44,477 bases of DNA, from the NCBI GenBank assembly GCA_029889005.1, contig GCA_029889005.1_4349.1, one strand, 5' to 3'. A program made the position numbers and the translations under genes. The notes under the pieces are model-generated. The model was not told where the DNA came from, searched no databases, and was given only the letters and a program-made list of their open reading frames with translations. Positions 43,173 through 44,477 of the stretch are shown here, piece by piece; the first letter of the stretch is position 1; each line of letters begins with the position of its first letter. The DNA comes from a phage.

Positions 43173-44477
43173 TTAACTGTTTGTCAGGGTAGCCACTAAT
43201 GTCTCAAGCGCTATAATCCTTTTCTCTAACTGAGCTGCTTTACGTCGCTGTAACGCAGCCTCTAATATCAATACCTCATCATAACGAATACCATACCGCT
43301 CCCCTGCCGCCGTAGCTTTTGTTAATACTTCCCCAGATTCCTCATCAATAATTTCCGGAGACGCTTCCCACTTATCGTAGCACAGGAAACCGTACTTAGT
43401 CGCATCCAACCCGTGCCGGGTAAACGCCTCAATTGCTCGTTGGGCTACTACTCCAAAGTGCCACCTAGCTGCATCCTCCCCCTTCTCTGCAACCCTATCC
43501 AGGTACTTATATTGAACTAAATTAACTTCAGCCCAAGCGTCTAACATAGCGTCAGTTAATTCCAGGGGTAGTGTCTTGGCTCTCTCGTCAGACGTAACCG
43601 TAAACGCTGTTTGAGTGAATCCGCCGGACAAAGCGCGACTTGCCGACCCGATAGCGACGGTGTTTGCACTGGATGGTGTAATAGCCGTCGGGGCTATTTG
43701 AATATACGCCGATGCGTCAGAGGCTAAGCGTAAATCACCATTAACCAGAGAAATAGTTCGAGAAGTACTATCAGATGTGAGTAATTTTATCTGAGAGGTC
43801 GTACCTCCACCAATAGCCAAAGATGTAGCCCCATCGGAAATTAGTCTGAATTTATCAGCTGTCACAAAAGGCAATGCAGAAGTATCTATATACTTAGTGA
43901 ACCACTCAAACCTACCGGACATGGACCCTATGTATTGTCCTATAGCGGGGGCGTGTACCACGTTACTGGTGGTAGTACCATCAATGCTAGAGACTCCGGT
44001 TATAGTAGATAGTGAACTAAGAAGACTGTTCTTGGGTCCAGGGTGCTTTACTTCCACAAAGTTACGGGTAGTCCCTGTCGCTAGTGTAACAACCCCGGAA
44101 GCACTATACATAGGGAAAACCGATGCGTAGTTATTACTAGCTCCGGCTAAAAACCTAACAGAAGTCGCGGTTTGCGTTTGCCCTAAACTATTAGTTCCGC
44201 TGCACCCAACCATTAGAATATTATCAGCGGCATTATAGTTGCCTTGTAATGTAACGCCGTGTGCTTGCGTGGCCTCGGAGGAGGAGTAATCAGCTACAAC
44301 ATTTGTCACCAGATTACCTGAACCCTTGCCGGTGACCACAGCGGCATACTTAGCGTTATCAGCAACAACATTACTGATAATATTACGGCTAGGGGCATTG
44401 GTCGTCTCGGTGCCATTATAAACAACGTGCTGACAGCTTTGCCCAATGACGCCACTAACAACATTACATTTAGCATC
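43173..44477 (-). CDS. Tailspike/fibre C-terminal protein with intramolecular chaperone (S74-like) domain; 5' end at window edge
   Basis: Frame of track ORF 43173..44339 stays open to 44477; beta-helix-like repeats then TVTSDERAKTLPLE ... ARWHFGVVAQRAIEAF, the autoproteolytic chaperone signature. Confidence 0.7.
   Translation of the reverse strand, partial: DAKCNVVSGVIGQSCQHVVYNGTETTNAPSRNIISNVVADNAKYAAVVTGKGSGNLVTNVVADYSSSEATQAHGVTLQGNYNAADNILMVGCSGTNSLGQTQTATSVRFLAGASNNYASVFPMYSASGVVTLATGTTRNFVEVKHPGPKNSLLSSLSTITGVSSIDGTTTSNVVHAPAIGQYIGSMSGRFEWFTKYIDTSALPFVTADKFRLISDGATSLAIGGGTTSQIKLLTSDSTSRTISLVNGDLRLASDASAYIQIAPTAITPSSANTVAIGSASRALSGGFTQTAFTVTSDERAKTLPLELTDAMLDAWAEVNLVQYKYLDRVAEKGEDAARWHFGVVAQRAIEAFTRHGLDATKYGFLCYDKWEASPEIIDEESGEVLTKATAAGERYGIRYDEVLILEAALQRRKAAQLEKRIIALETLVATLTNS

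Noticed and set aside
1-44477. tRNA genes, CRISPR arrays, integrase or attachment sites
   Set aside because: No tRNA-like T-loop context, no regularly spaced direct repeats and no recombinase-like ORF were seen by eye; a tRNAscan or CRISPR-finder run would be decisive.

Overview
The window reads as an essentially complete ~44.5 kb genome of a tailed dsDNA phage with siphovirus-like gene order, probably linearised inside its tailspike locus. Minus strand, ~23.9 kb down to 1: small and large terminase, portal, head morphogenesis, scaffold, major capsid, neck proteins, tail tube, chaperone pair, tape measure, distal tail proteins, fibre and tailspike. Minus strand 24.0-29.9 kb: small early/middle genes plus a holin/endolysin cassette; the Rz/Rz1-like spanins sit 9 kb away in the structural block. 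Plus strand 30.3-43.1 kb: replication module (primase-helicase fusion, Cas4-like nuclease, SSB-like protein, family A DNA polymerase, VRR-NUC, SNF2 helicase, Toprim protein). No tRNA, CRISPR array or integrase was seen. Main finding: the DNA polymerase carries an intein in motif B whose interior encodes a complete HNH endonuclease in a different reading frame. Other findings: two diverged copies of a ~130 bp non-coding element with compensatory stem changes, a candidate small RNA downstream of the lysis genes, a recurring promoter-operator family, a free-standing HNH gene in an AT-rich island, and an antisense phosphoesterase/phosphatase/kinase trio inside the tail cluster. CDS coordinates follow the supplied ORF track; regulatory coordinates are hand-read and may be off by 1-2 nt. 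All family assignments are from motifs read by eye, not from searches.
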